Source: a virus. From it: a stretch of DNA of 42,337 bases. Below are positions 6,306 through 15,218 of the stretch, piece by piece; position 1 is the first letter of the stretch; each line of letters starts with the position of its first letter. The stretch lies in the IMG/VR virus record IMGVR_UViG_3300045988_126214. One strand, given 5' to 3'. The notes beneath the pieces were generated by a model. That model had not been told where the DNA came from, searched no databases, and worked only from the letters and a program-made list of their open reading frames with translations. Made by a program: the position numbers and the translations under genes.

Positions 6306-8380
6306 TGGCATTCAATCTGGCCGACATGGTAAATAATCGTAAAAAGCCCACGGAGACTGAGAATATCAGTGATACAGTGTATCGGGATGTGTTTGAACTG
6401 GAGCCGTCGAAAGATAATTTCTATTCCACAGATCCGGAGAAACTGCAAGGATTAAAGAACTCAATTCTTCTATTTGGGGTTATGCAGGACGTTCTGATTG
6501 AGGACGTGGATGGTAAAGACAGGATCATATCAGGGCACTGTAGGACAATGTGCTGCAGGATGCTTGTGGAAGAGGGACATGAAGAGTTTCGGAAGATTAA
6601 CTGTAAATATACAAAAGTGAATCTGAATACAGAAAAGTTCCCAGAAGATAAAGATGGAAAAGTGGAACAGCTGATCAATAAGCTGGGAATCATCCAGGCG
6701 AACCGGTTCCGTGAAAAAAGTGATTGGGAGAAAATGCAGGAGGCGCTTATCACAGAAGAGGTAATTAAGGAACTTCGTGATCTGGTTGACCTGCAGGGGA
6801 CAACCAGAAGCATGGTACAGGCAACTCTCGGAACATCAGGGACACAGTTAGAAAGATATCATGCAATCCAGAAAAAACTAAGTCAGGAGTTCATGCAAGA
6901 GTTTCAAAATGGAAACATCAATATATCTGTGGCAAGGGAACTGACAGATCTGGATGAGAAACACCAGGATGAGGCTCTGGGGTTGTACAAAAAGAATGAA
7001 ACAATTACGCTCCCAGAGGTTAAAGCTTTGAAAGAAAAACAGGAAGTAGGACGTCAGATTCCTGGACAGCTGACACTTGATGAAGTAATTGGACGAAGAA
7101 GACCGCCGGAAGATGGAACGGTAATTGATGTTGACATTCAGATCGAACGATTCTTTGAAAGCTTAAAGAAATCAACAACAGAACGAATCCAAAGGCGGGA
7201 TAAGAACATGTCCATTTATATGCTCAGCATTATATACAATGATGTGCGGATCAGAAATGGATATTTGAATTATCAGGGAAAATCAAATGGAATCCTGTTT
7301 AATCCTGGTAGTGGGGATGAAAAGCTGATTACATGGCAGCAGTTGGCTGAAACACTGATAGAGAAGTATGGAAAGAAACAAAAAGCGGTGAAGCTTGCAC
7401 CTATGCCAGAACCACAAAAAGAATGTCCATATTATGATGCAAACGAAGTATTTCTGCCGGACATAGCAAGGATGATAAATGTATTCCTGGAAAATGCATA
7501 TAAAGGCATGGGACCAGGTAATACAAGGCGTTTCAGAGTAATGGGAACGGAATTCGCAGCAGTGCAAAGACCAAAGGAAGATGATTTCGTATTTTACGAT
7601 GAACAGGGCGAAAAAGTCTGTTACATATCAAGAGAACGCATGGCAGCAGAATATCAAAAAAGGATAGTACCGGAAGATTTTGTTATTGAAGAATCAGATA
7701 TGTCCGATTCGGACAACTGTGAACGCTGCGAAAACGCAGCAGAAAACAAGAAAACAGTGGACGAAAAGCAGCAGATAATAGAACTGATACCAGAAGCTTG
7801 GCCACCGGAGCTTAAAGATATTCCGGTTCCATCAATGATTGCAATGGATGATATTCTGCAAGATGCCGAAGAAGAGTTGAAAAACTATCTTTCAGTGGCT
7901 GATGAGGGAATTCCGGGAAGAACGATATTGAAATATCAGCTCATTGCCGGTGGACTCAGAATAATCAAGAATCTGGTGAGAGATTGTCTGGATGATGAAA
8001 ATAAAGATGACGGAAAGAACGTCATGGAGCAGTTGCCACTTCCGGTGATGAGAAATAATGATCAGAGGAAAGAATGGCTGAGAAATTATAAAGCCTGGGG
8101 ACTTTGGTATACAGATGAACATATTGGCGTCAGGTACTACAAATATGATTTTGCAAATGGCGCAAGACTTATTGCAGAAGAATATGATCGGGATACTGTT
8201 CATAGCCAGTGGGTATCAGATAATACAGAATCATATTACATGCATTTGATCGGAGGACCTGAACCGGAAAGAAAATCAGGAATACCTAAATGGACACAGC
8301 ATGGAAGATACAATAAATTCCCAAATAGTGAAAGCGAATTGGTTGAATTCTTAAAGGAAGTACAGAGGGAAAGCAAATGA
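6305..8380 (+). CDS. ParB/Srx N-terminal domain protein with an HTH and a ~400-aa uncharacterised C-terminal extension
   Basis: LKNSILLFGVMQDVLIEDVDGKDRIISGHCRT matches the ParB box (GxRR is GHCR here). ATG 6305 overlaps the parA stop (TGATG) after GGGAGGGAAGG. Confidence 0.8.
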   Translation: MAFNLADMVNNRKKPTETENISDTVYRDVFELEPSKDNFYSTDPEKLQGLKNSILLFGVMQDVLIEDVDGKDRIISGHCRTMCCRMLVEEGHEEFRKINCKYTKVNLNTEKFPEDKDGKVEQLINKLGIIQANRFREKSDWEKMQEALITEEVIKELRDLVDLQGTTRSMVQATLGTSGTQLERYHAIQKKLSQEFMQEFQNGNINISVARELTDLDEKHQDEALGLYKKNETITLPEVKALKEKQEVGRQIPGQLTLDEVIGRRRPPEDGTVIDVDIQIERFFESLKKSTTERIQRRDKNMSIYMLSIIYNDVRIRNGYLNYQGKSNGILFNPGSGDEKLITWQQLAETLIEKYGKKQKAVKLAPMPEPQKECPYYDANEVFLPDIARMINVFLENAYKGMGPGNTRRFRVMGTEFAAVQRPKEDDFVFYDEQGEKVCYISRERMAAEYQKRIVPEDFVIEESDMSDSDNCERCENAAENKKTVDEKQQIIELIPEAWPPELKDIPVPSMIAMDDILQDAEEELKNYLSVADEGIPGRTILKYQLIAGGLRIIKNLVRDCLDDENKDDGKNVMEQLPLPVMRNNDQRKEWLRNYKAWGLWYTDEHIGVRYYKYDFANGARLIAEEYDRDTVHSQWVSDNTESYYMHLIGGPEPERKSGIPKWTQHGRYNKFPNSESELVEFLKEVQRESK

Positions 8381-8545
8381 ACAGGGCAGAAATGAGACGT
8401 AAGGCCAGATACAGGAAAATAGAACATGTAAGACTTGCAAGGATAATGATAATGGGCTGTGTGATCGGAAGAGCATACTGGTAGAAGATGATTACAGCTG
8501 CAGAAAATGGCAGCCTGACTGGAAAGAACGGTGAGTGTGAAGAAT

Positions 8546-8839
8546 ATGAGACTGATTGATGCTGAGCTGTTTAAAAAGCAGGTAGCAGCGATGACAATAA
8601 GGAATGGGTATATACCTGAGAAAGCTAATGCTTTGTGCGAATTAATTGACAGCCAGCCGACAGCTTTTGATGTGGGCAAGGTTGTGAAGCAGTTAGATAA
8701 AGCGAGTGATTATTATGAGTTTGATGAACAAGGGAAAGAACATGTTCAAATGATTAATCTTACAGAAGCACTTGAAATCGTGAAAGGTGTGGAATTGAAT
8801 GAGAGAAATATGAAAGGAAAGAAAAATGAAAGAGGGTAA
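8546..8839 (+). CDS. 97-aa hypothetical protein
   Basis: Track ORF trimmed to ATG 8546 (MRLIDAELF...). Confidence 0.6.
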   Translation: MRLIDAELFKKQVAAMTIRNGYIPEKANALCELIDSQPTAFDVGKVVKQLDKASDYYEFDEQGKEHVQMINLTEALEIVKGVELNERNMKGKKNERG

Positions 8840-9656
8840 TTTGGTATTTGATATTAATGGAGAATTTATTACAGAGATTACAAGGGAGTGGTTTTACACA
8901 GGCGAGAAAAGCTATGAGACTGTAATGAAAATTCTGATGGACAGCATGACCGGAACAGATACACCGGAGGCACAGATCAGAAGATATGCAGAGGACATTC
9001 TGCTCGGCCGCGCCGCTCTGAAGGGAAGTACGACAGCAGGTACATATCATCTCGGAATATACGAACCGGGAGAAGAAGAACAGATGCCACGGAGCATGAA
9101 CATCTGGAAAGAAATCGAAAGGCGGAAGAAAGCAGAGGAGAACCTGCGGCGCATGGTCGAACGATGGGACGTAGCAATGGGCCACATGTCGGAAAGCACA
9201 CAAAGAGCAATACGAAAGGAACTTGGAGAAGAGACTGCGGAGGATAGACAGCAGGATGCGCTCGACAGTTTCATGGCACGAATGATGGATAAAGAAGATC
9301 ACATCACAGAGGACTATGGATGGTTAGAACCGAACGGAACTTTTCATGGAGTGGAATGGGGAGCGCATCAGGATTGGGCGCAGAATTATATGAACGAAAA
9401 ATTCCCGGAGGAAGCAATGGACGGAGATATTGACTTGCAGACAAAATGTAATGTTGGTCTGATTGGAGCAGGAGACTGGCTCGTCGAAAGAGGGTGGGTT
9501 CTCTTACACAATCCGAGCCAGGGAATTGCTTATCCGACAAAGAATTCGGTCAGAGAGTACACAAAAGCGCAGAAAGAGTTCCTGTACGATTATTACATGG
9601 AAAGAGGATGCAAAGAGGAGGCGAACGCAATATGGAAGGAGAGAGCTAAGAGATGA
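8826..9656 (+). CDS. 276-aa hypothetical protein
   Basis: Long track ORF, translationally coupled to its neighbours. Confidence 0.75.
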   Translation: MKEGNLVFDINGEFITEITREWFYTGEKSYETVMKILMDSMTGTDTPEAQIRRYAEDILLGRAALKGSTTAGTYHLGIYEPGEEEQMPRSMNIWKEIERRKKAEENLRRMVERWDVAMGHMSESTQRAIRKELGEETAEDRQQDALDSFMARMMDKEDHITEDYGWLEPNGTFHGVEWGAHQDWAQNYMNEKFPEEAMDGDIDLQTKCNVGLIGAGDWLVERGWVLLHNPSQGIAYPTKNSVREYTKAQKEFLYDYYMERGCKEEANAIWKERAKR

Positions 9657-10084
9657 ACAAAGTAATTTTAATGGGACGTTTAACAAGAGATCCAGAGGTG
9701 AGATACACCTCAGGGGAAAATTCATTGGCAATTGCCAGATACACGCTGGCAGTAGATAGAAAAATCAGAAAAGATGGAGATGCAACAGCAGACTTCATTC
9801 CTTGTGTAGTATTTGGCAGATCTGCCGAGTTCGTGGAGAAATACTTCCGAAAAGGATTGAAGATTACAATCGCAGGTCGTATTCAGACCGGAAGTTATAC
9901 CAACCGTGATGGACAGAAAGTTTATACGACAGAGGTTGTTGTAGAAGAACAGGAATTTGCAGAAAGCAAAGGCTCTGGATCTGGCAGCAGTCAGCAGAAT
10001 GTTCCACAACAATCACCAGATGTGGGACCTGATGGTTTCATGAATATCCCGGATGGAATTGAAGAGGAACTGCCATTTAGTTAA
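9653..10084 (+). CDS. ssb: Single-stranded DNA-binding protein
   Basis: MNKVILMGRLTRDPEVRYT OB-fold start, Gly/Gln-rich linker, and acidic tip EEELPFS. Confidence 0.92.
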   Translation: MNKVILMGRLTRDPEVRYTSGENSLAIARYTLAVDRKIRKDGDATADFIPCVVFGRSAEFVEKYFRKGLKITIAGRIQTGSYTNRDGQKVYTTEVVVEEQEFAESKGSGSGSSQQNVPQQSPDVGPDGFMNIPDGIEEELPFS

Positions 10085-10118
10085 TGTCCGACTCGGACAA
10101 GATGAAAGAAGGAAAAAT

Positions 10119-10454
10119 ATGAGCGGACTTAAATTTCCAAAAGAAGAAACGAAAAAAAAAAGGATGTCCCATCCGGCCAGCATTCTCGGAAGCCGAAAAG
10201 GAAGATGTTACATGTGCAGCAGGTGTGGCCAGACTCAAGAACATCACATATTTGGTGGTCCGAATCGGACACTATCAGAGAAATATGGATTAAAAGTATA
10301 TTTGTGCCTGGAATGCCATGCGACAGGTAAACATGCTGTGCATAGGGATAAAGCGGTAATGGATGAACTTCACAGACAGGGACAGGAAGCTTTTGAGAGC
10401 CAGATTGGTAGCAGGGAACAGTTCCGGAAGATCTTCGGGAGAAACTGGCTATGA
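10119..10454 (+). CDS. Zinc-binding HNH/NinG-like protein
   Basis: CxxC...EHHIFGGPNR...LCLECH pattern. ATG 10119 follows GAAGGAAAAA. Confidence 0.6.
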   Translation: MSGLKFPKEETKKKRMSHPASILGSRKGRCYMCSRCGQTQEHHIFGGPNRTLSEKYGLKVYLCLECHATGKHAVHRDKAVMDELHRQGQEAFESQIGSREQFRKIFGRNWL

Positions 10455-10768
10455 GCGCAAGAAAAAAGCTGTATGAGATTACAACAATAGAGGGAGAAGT
10501 AGTTGAACCATCAATATCAATACAAGAAGCCTCAAAGTTTCTTGGAAGGACGGTTGACAGTCTATATCTTGCAGCCATGGAAGGCCGAAAAGTAGCGGGA
10601 AAATACCGGATCGGACCGGTGGATGTAGAGCTTAGTAAAGAGAAGGATCGAAAACTACTATTGGAGTATGATCTGACCAGGCTGCAGATTATAAAGAGAG
10701 CTAGAAGTGGTAAAGCAAAACAAGTGGAGGACGATTTGTACCCCGCTTCAGGAAAGGGACAGATATGA
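10451..10768 (+). CDS. 105-aa hypothetical protein (possible HTH)
   Basis: Track ORF with ATGA overlap to the upstream gene. Confidence 0.65.
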   Translation: MSARKKLYEITTIEGEVVEPSISIQEASKFLGRTVDSLYLAAMEGRKVAGKYRIGPVDVELSKEKDRKLLLEYDLTRLQIIKRARSGKAKQVEDDLYPASGKGQI

Positions 10769-11043
10769 ATAAAAGAATCCGAAAAAAGAAATATAAAGAG
10801 CTTTGGCATGAGAATCCGCCCAAATGGTTGAAATTATTGAAGTGCAGAATAACACGCTATAAGCCAAAGGGAAATCCATACAACCTTAATTTTTCCTTTG
10901 AAATTCCAAAAACAGAGGTGGAGAAACTCAATCAAATACTTCTGGGAATTGAGAGAAAACAAGCATATAAGGAAAACACAGATAATCTTGTAAATACAAC
11001 CAGGATATTGTCAGAATGGAGGAAACAGAACTGTGAAAATTAG
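10765..11043 (+). CDS. 92-aa hypothetical protein
   Basis: Track ORF, overlap-coupled. Confidence 0.6.
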   Translation: MNKRIRKKKYKELWHENPPKWLKLLKCRITRYKPKGNPYNLNFSFEIPKTEVEKLNQILLGIERKQAYKENTDNLVNTTRILSEWRKQNCEN

Positions 11044-11278
11044 AACTCAAAGTGGTCAATTGGTAGACATAACTGGGAAAGTAACTACGACAGTCCGCCT
11101 GCCAGATGGATCCTTTCAGATCCTGCTACATACTAAGGACAAAAAGGAAGGAGATATTCTTGGTGGATACAGTACAGAAGCCAAAGCAGTCCATGTACTC
11201 TGCGGAATCCAGGTGGCAGTCCGGCATCCGGAGAAGATCAGAATATTTGTAATGCCTGCTGATGAAGAGGTGAAATAG
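11033..11278 (+). CDS. 81-aa hypothetical protein
   Basis: Track ORF with a GTG start. Confidence 0.55.
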   Translation: MKIRTQSGQLVDITGKVTTTVRLPDGSFQILLHTKDKKEGDILGGYSTEAKAVHVLCGIQVAVRHPEKIRIFVMPADEEVK

Positions 11279-11279
11279 T

Positions 11280-11729
11280 ATGACCCGAGCAGAAAGAAGG
11301 CGCCAGGCAAAGATGCAGGAAAAATGTCAGGTTCCATTGAACCTTAATCTAACAGTGGCACAGGTAGCAGGGATGACCGGGCAGCAGGCTTCTATATTGC
11401 AAACATACTTGAAAAGGATGGAACAGCAGAAAACAGAAGCTGTAACAGACGCTGTGATCAGAGAAGCTCAGGAGAAACTGGAGAGGGCAGAGGACTATAT
11501 TACCATAACAAATATAATCATTTCCCTGTATGCGATTAAGTTTTCATGGGGATTTACAAAAGCAAACAAAAAATTCCTAAAGAACTGGAAAGCAGCAATG
11601 GATTATGTAGACCGGATTGGAGTTGCGAAAGCTTACGAGCTTGCACATAAGGAGATGGACATTGATGTAGAGTTTGAGGACCTGGCAAATTATAACATTT
11701 ATGAAGAAATGGGATTTAACAGGGAATAG
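11280..11729 (+). CDS. 149-aa hypothetical protein
   Basis: Track ORF. Confidence 0.65.
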   Translation: MTRAERRRQAKMQEKCQVPLNLNLTVAQVAGMTGQQASILQTYLKRMEQQKTEAVTDAVIREAQEKLERAEDYITITNIIISLYAIKFSWGFTKANKKFLKNWKAAMDYVDRIGVAKAYELAHKEMDIDVEFEDLANYNIYEEMGFNRE

Positions 11730-11748
11730 GTACGAGGGGTGATGGAAA

Positions 11749-12294
11749 ATGACAAGAGCAGAAACAACCAAATTCCTTGGACAACTACTTGTAGCTACCC
11801 GTATTGGTGGAGCTGGTTCGCACTGGGCCAGCGAGGTTAGCATTGATCCATGGACATCAAAGGCAAAGCGAGTGGATTATATGGAGTTTTCTCCTGCAAA
11901 TCAATACTCCGTATCCGGAATAGAAAAAGGCATATTCACCTGCTATGAGATCAAAAGTTGTAAGGAAGATGTTTATAGCGGTAATGGTTTGAATTTCTTT
12001 GGAGAAAAGAACTATATAGTAACTACGATGGAGTGTTACAAAGAAATTCAGCCAGATTTTAGAAGTGGTAAATTTGCTAATTACATGCGCGAAAAACACC
12101 CAGATTCATCAATTTATTACGGCGTCATGGTTCCTATTCCGTTCTGGGGAGAAGCAGCGGAAGAATTTAAAGATCCCACACCATTAAGCGAGGATAGGGA
12201 CTGGAAGCTGGAAGTTGTATTGCCATGCAGGCAGGGGATAAGAATAAAGTCCATGACAGAGCTACTGTTTTGCATGCTGCGGAGCGGACGTTGA
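11749..12294 (+). CDS. PD-(D/E)xK-type nuclease-fold protein (MmcB-like)
   Basis: RVDYMEF ... CYEIKSCKED fits a D...ExK motif. Confidence 0.55.
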   Translation: MTRAETTKFLGQLLVATRIGGAGSHWASEVSIDPWTSKAKRVDYMEFSPANQYSVSGIEKGIFTCYEIKSCKEDVYSGNGLNFFGEKNYIVTTMECYKEIQPDFRSGKFANYMREKHPDSSIYYGVMVPIPFWGEAAEEFKDPTPLSEDRDWKLEVVLPCRQGIRIKSMTELLFCMLRSGR

Positions 12295-12304
12295 GGAGAG
12301 AGCT

Positions 12305-12715
12305 ATGAGCAGAGTAAAAGAGAGACTTAAGCAGTACAAGCAGGAATTGGAGAAGCAGACTCAGTACAAGGCTGGTCTGCCGGGTTCAGTGCTGGATATT
12401 GTGAATACTCTTCTGGTTGATCTGGAAGAAGAGAAAATGGAAAATGGATGGATTCCAGTTAATGAGAGGATGCCAGAAGAGCATAATTCCATTTTTGCAA
12501 AATTTAAAGGAACGGACAACTGGAAAAAGGGAATGTTTGAAAAAACATCCAAATATGTAATTGCTACAGTTGTGTATGATGATGGAACAATACTTACAGA
12601 AAGAGCACATACTACAGATGGAGCGTGGAAGACGGAGAAACCAGTTCTTGGTGGAAAAGTAGTTGCATGGATGAATTTCCCAGAACCGTATAAGGAGGTG
12701 GCGCTGAATGACTGA
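12305..12715 (+). CDS. DUF551-like phage protein
   Basis: GWIPVNERMPEE...YVIATVVYDDG resembles the DUF551 signature (WI..+..LPE...VLV). Confidence 0.55.
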   Translation: MSRVKERLKQYKQELEKQTQYKAGLPGSVLDIVNTLLVDLEEEKMENGWIPVNERMPEEHNSIFAKFKGTDNWKKGMFEKTSKYVIATVVYDDGTILTERAHTTDGAWKTEKPVLGGKVVAWMNFPEPYKEVALND

Positions 12716-12989
12716 AGAACAGTATAAAAAGTACGGAAAACTCTTTTCAGAATTACAATCTGTAAAAACGTTTCTGAGCTGGTGCGGTGATAGATACAAA
12801 GATCAGACGGTAAGCAAATACAGGTTCAAAATAATTACAAAAGCGAAAAACTTCTTCCTGTATAGAAAATGGTATTCAGTCAATATGGAAGAAAACACCT
12901 TTGAAATCCCAGAAGATTTGCAGAAACGAATTGTTTTAGTGGTTGAGAAATGGGTGGACGAGAAAGAAAAAGAATTGAAAAACATATAA
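12708..12989 (+). CDS. 93-aa hypothetical protein
   Basis: Track ORF. Confidence 0.6.
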   Translation: MTEEQYKKYGKLFSELQSVKTFLSWCGDRYKDQTVSKYRFKIITKAKNFFLYRKWYSVNMEENTFEIPEDLQKRIVLVVEKWVDEKEKELKNI

Positions 12990-13002
12990 GGAGAAATGAA
13001 GA

Positions 13003-13278
13003 ATGAGGACAAGGATATTGGTCATGACAGCAATTACTCCAATATTGGCGTTGAGCTTAATGGGATGTCAAATTGCAACTAAAAGTCTTGGTGGTAATAC
13101 AACATTGGAACTGGAACCAAATGAAAAACTGGAAGAAATTACTTGGAAAGATGATTCCCTTTGGTATCTTACAAGACCAATGACGGAAGATGATATTGCA
13201 GAAACCCATGTATTTAAGCAATCTTCTAATTGGGGTGTGCTTGAAGGCACTGTAACTATTGTTGAAAGCAAAAAGTAA
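13003..13278 (+). CDS. Small lipoprotein
   Basis: Signal peptide with lipobox ALSLMGC. Confidence 0.7.
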   Translation: MRTRILVMTAITPILALSLMGCQIATKSLGGNTTLELEPNEKLEEITWKDDSLWYLTRPMTEDDIAETHVFKQSSNWGVLEGTVTIVESKK

Positions 13279-13290
13279 AGGAAAGTTGTT

Positions 13291-13776
13291 ATGAAAAGTT
13301 TTGAAGAAATCCTAAAGAACTCTAGATTATGGGGATATGAAGCTACTCCATTTGGCTATAGTGCCTGGATAAAACTTCCGGATTGCGGAACCTGTAGCGC
13401 CTTATGGAGTGATCGCGAAGATGGATGGGAACATGTATCTGTATCGCCCAAAAAGAAGTTTAACATTCCGACATGGAATGATATGTGCATTGTGAAAGAT
13501 GTCTTTTGGAACAGCGAAGAGGAAGCCTACCAAATTCATCCAAAGAAAAATGAGTATGTGAACAGTATGAACAATTGCTTACATATCTGGAAACCGATAG
13601 GACATGAAATAAGTGAATTGACAACGAATCAAGAGTTACTGTCTGCAATGAAGACAGTAAGTAGGTATTGCGCTGAACATCCGCATTGTGTACGCTGCGC
13701 CATAATCAGTCATTGCGGAGCTACACCACCGCAAGATTGGAATTTTTCAGAGCTGGAGGTATTACGGAATGGATAA
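13291..13776 (+). CDS. 161-aa hypothetical protein with a Cys-rich C-terminus
   Basis: Track ORF. Motifs WEHVSVS and PTWNDM, seen in other phage proteins. Confidence 0.7.
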   Translation: MKSFEEILKNSRLWGYEATPFGYSAWIKLPDCGTCSALWSDREDGWEHVSVSPKKKFNIPTWNDMCIVKDVFWNSEEEAYQIHPKKNEYVNSMNNCLHIWKPIGHEISELTTNQELLSAMKTVSRYCAEHPHCVRCAIISHCGATPPQDWNFSELEVLRNG

Positions 13777-13978
13777 GGACACATTACAGAAGGCAAAAGA
13801 GTTGGAACGGGATATTAAAAGTATTACGCAGATCCTGGAAGAACATAATAAACAGCATTGGGTACAAGTTGTTTCTCCAAAAACTGACGATGTACAGTCA
13901 AAAAGATTCCAGAATGATCTTGCAGAATGGCTAAGACAGCGAAAAGAAATATATGAAAAGGAACTGGCAGACTTGTAG
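13769..13978 (+). CDS. 69-aa hypothetical protein
   Basis: Track ORF. Confidence 0.55.
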   Translation: MDKDTLQKAKELERDIKSITQILEEHNKQHWVQVVSPKTDDVQSKRFQNDLAEWLRQRKEIYEKELADL

Positions 13979-13990
13979 GAGGCGGTGCCA

Positions 13991-14416
13991 ATGGACGGGA
14001 GATTGAAGGAAGAAAATGAAAAGAAAAAAGAATATTTAAAATCATATCAGAGAGCAGTCAAAAGAGAGCGGGACATCCTGGAAGAAATCAAAAGGTTAAG
14101 AGCTGATAAGATGTTTCCTTCCGTAGTGAATGATGGAATGCCAAAAGGCAGCAGTCAATCAGATCTGTCGGATTACATTGCAATATTGGATGAGCAGATT
14201 GAACTGTTGAAGAAAGAACGTTTGAACAAGGTACAGCAATATCGTAAGATTGAGAGTCAGATCCGAAAAATGTATTCAGAAGATGAACGGAAAGTTCTGC
14301 GCTTACGCTATATAAAAGGCTTAAAATGGGATGATGTAGCAACGGAGATGGGCTATGGATGGACACAGGTACATAGGCTGCATTCAGCAGCATTGAAGAA
14401 TTTTAAGATGGTATAG
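13991..14416 (+). CDS. Sigma-70 region-4-like late transcriptional activator (RinA/ArpU/DUF1492-like)
   Basis: ERKVLRLRYIKGLKWDDVATEMGYGWTQVHRLHSAALKNF is an r4-type HTH. It sits immediately upstream of the packaging genes. TAGGAGG RBS 8 nt before ATG 13991. Confidence 0.7.
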   Translation: MDGRLKEENEKKKEYLKSYQRAVKRERDILEEIKRLRADKMFPSVVNDGMPKGSSQSDLSDYIAILDEQIELLKKERLNKVQQYRKIESQIRKMYSEDERKVLRLRYIKGLKWDDVATEMGYGWTQVHRLHSAALKNFKMV

Positions 14417-14523
14417 AATGGTATACTTGATTCGTGTTATAACTATAATAGATTCAGATGGATGAATCAAATATCAATCGGTTGCACACTTACTTGTCAG
14501 GTACTATGGCTTGGCAAGTATAT

Positions 14524-14595
14524 CGGAACATAGCTCAGTGGTAGAGCAGCTGGCTTATATCCAGCGTGTCGGTGGTTCGGTTCCATCTGTTCCGA
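14524..14595 (+). tRNA. tRNA-Ile, anticodon UAU (reads AUA); no encoded CCA
   Basis: Hand-folded cloverleaf. Acceptor CGGAACA/TGTTCCG (7/7), D stem GCTC/GAGC, anticodon stem GCTGG/CCAGC, loop CTTATAT (U33, A37), 5-nt variable loop, T stem GGTGG/CCATC, T loop TTCGGTT, discriminator A. Confidence 0.85.
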
Positions 14596-14651
14596 CTCGG
14601 TTAGTACCGCCGATATAATGGTACAATACTGACTCATACATACTTCCACAA

Positions 14652-14681
14652 ACGTCTGGCGGGCACGGCCGGGCGTTTTTT
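14652..14681 (+). terminator. Rho-independent terminator after the tRNA
   Basis: 9-bp stem ACGTCTGGC / GCCGGGCGT (two G-U pairs), 7-nt loop, then T6. Confidence 0.6.
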
Positions 14682-14694
14682 ATTGGAGAAAAAG

Positions 14695-15120
14695 ATGATA
14701 TATAAGAGATGTGGCAGGTGCGGAAAAAGAATTCCGTCCGGCAGCAGGTGTCCCTGCATGAAACAAAGAGATAAAGAACGCTATCGGATATATGATCAGA
14801 ATGCCAGAGATCAGAAAAGCAAAACATTTTATGATTCAAGGGAATGGCAGCTGACAAGATCTGATATTCTCAGTGCTTGCGGGATTGATGTGTATGTCTA
14901 CATGACGGAAGGAGTAATCCTGGCAGCAGATACAGTGCATCATATTATTCCGTTAAAAGAAGCATGGGATAAACGCTGCGATAAGCAGAATCTTATTCCA
15001 TTACATCACGATACGCATTCAAAAATTGAGCAGATGTATAAAAAAGAGAAACCCGTGATGGAAAAAAAGCTTGCAAAAATGCTTGTGGATTTTTATGCAC
15101 AGACGGGAGGGGCGGTCTGA
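14695..15120 (+). CDS. HNH endonuclease (packaging-associated)
   Basis: CGRCGK...CPC zinc knuckle, then TVHHIIPL ... NLIPLHHDTH. Located directly upstream of terS/terL. Confidence 0.85.
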   Translation: MIYKRCGRCGKRIPSGSRCPCMKQRDKERYRIYDQNARDQKSKTFYDSREWQLTRSDILSACGIDVYVYMTEGVILAADTVHHIIPLKEAWDKRCDKQNLIPLHHDTHSKIEQMYKKEKPVMEKKLAKMLVDFYAQTGGAV

Positions 15121-15218
15121 AAAGTTTTTAAGAAACACTGTCGTCCCCGCCTGCCCTGTAGCTTGCGCAAAATTCTAAATACTCATAAAAAGTTGGCAAA
15201 GGAAGGAGGGAAGGATGA

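Noticed and set aside
8378-8485. 35-aa ORF (MNRAEMRRKARYRKIEHVRLARIMIMGCVIGRAYW) overlapping the ParB-like stop with ATGA
   Set aside because: The coupling geometry is plausible, but the ORF is very short with no recognisable features, so the support is insufficient to call it.
10086-10098. Palindrome GTCCGACTCGGAC after ssb, sharing the 10-mer TCCGACTCGG with the 3' end of the tRNA (14591-14600)
   Set aside because: It is a single short match with no flanking similarity and no plausible recombination or att logic, so it is treated as coincidence.
14555-14857. 100-aa minus-strand ORF overlapping the tRNA and the HNH gene
   Set aside because: It is antisense to a well-folded tRNA, a terminator, and an HNH gene with clear motifs.
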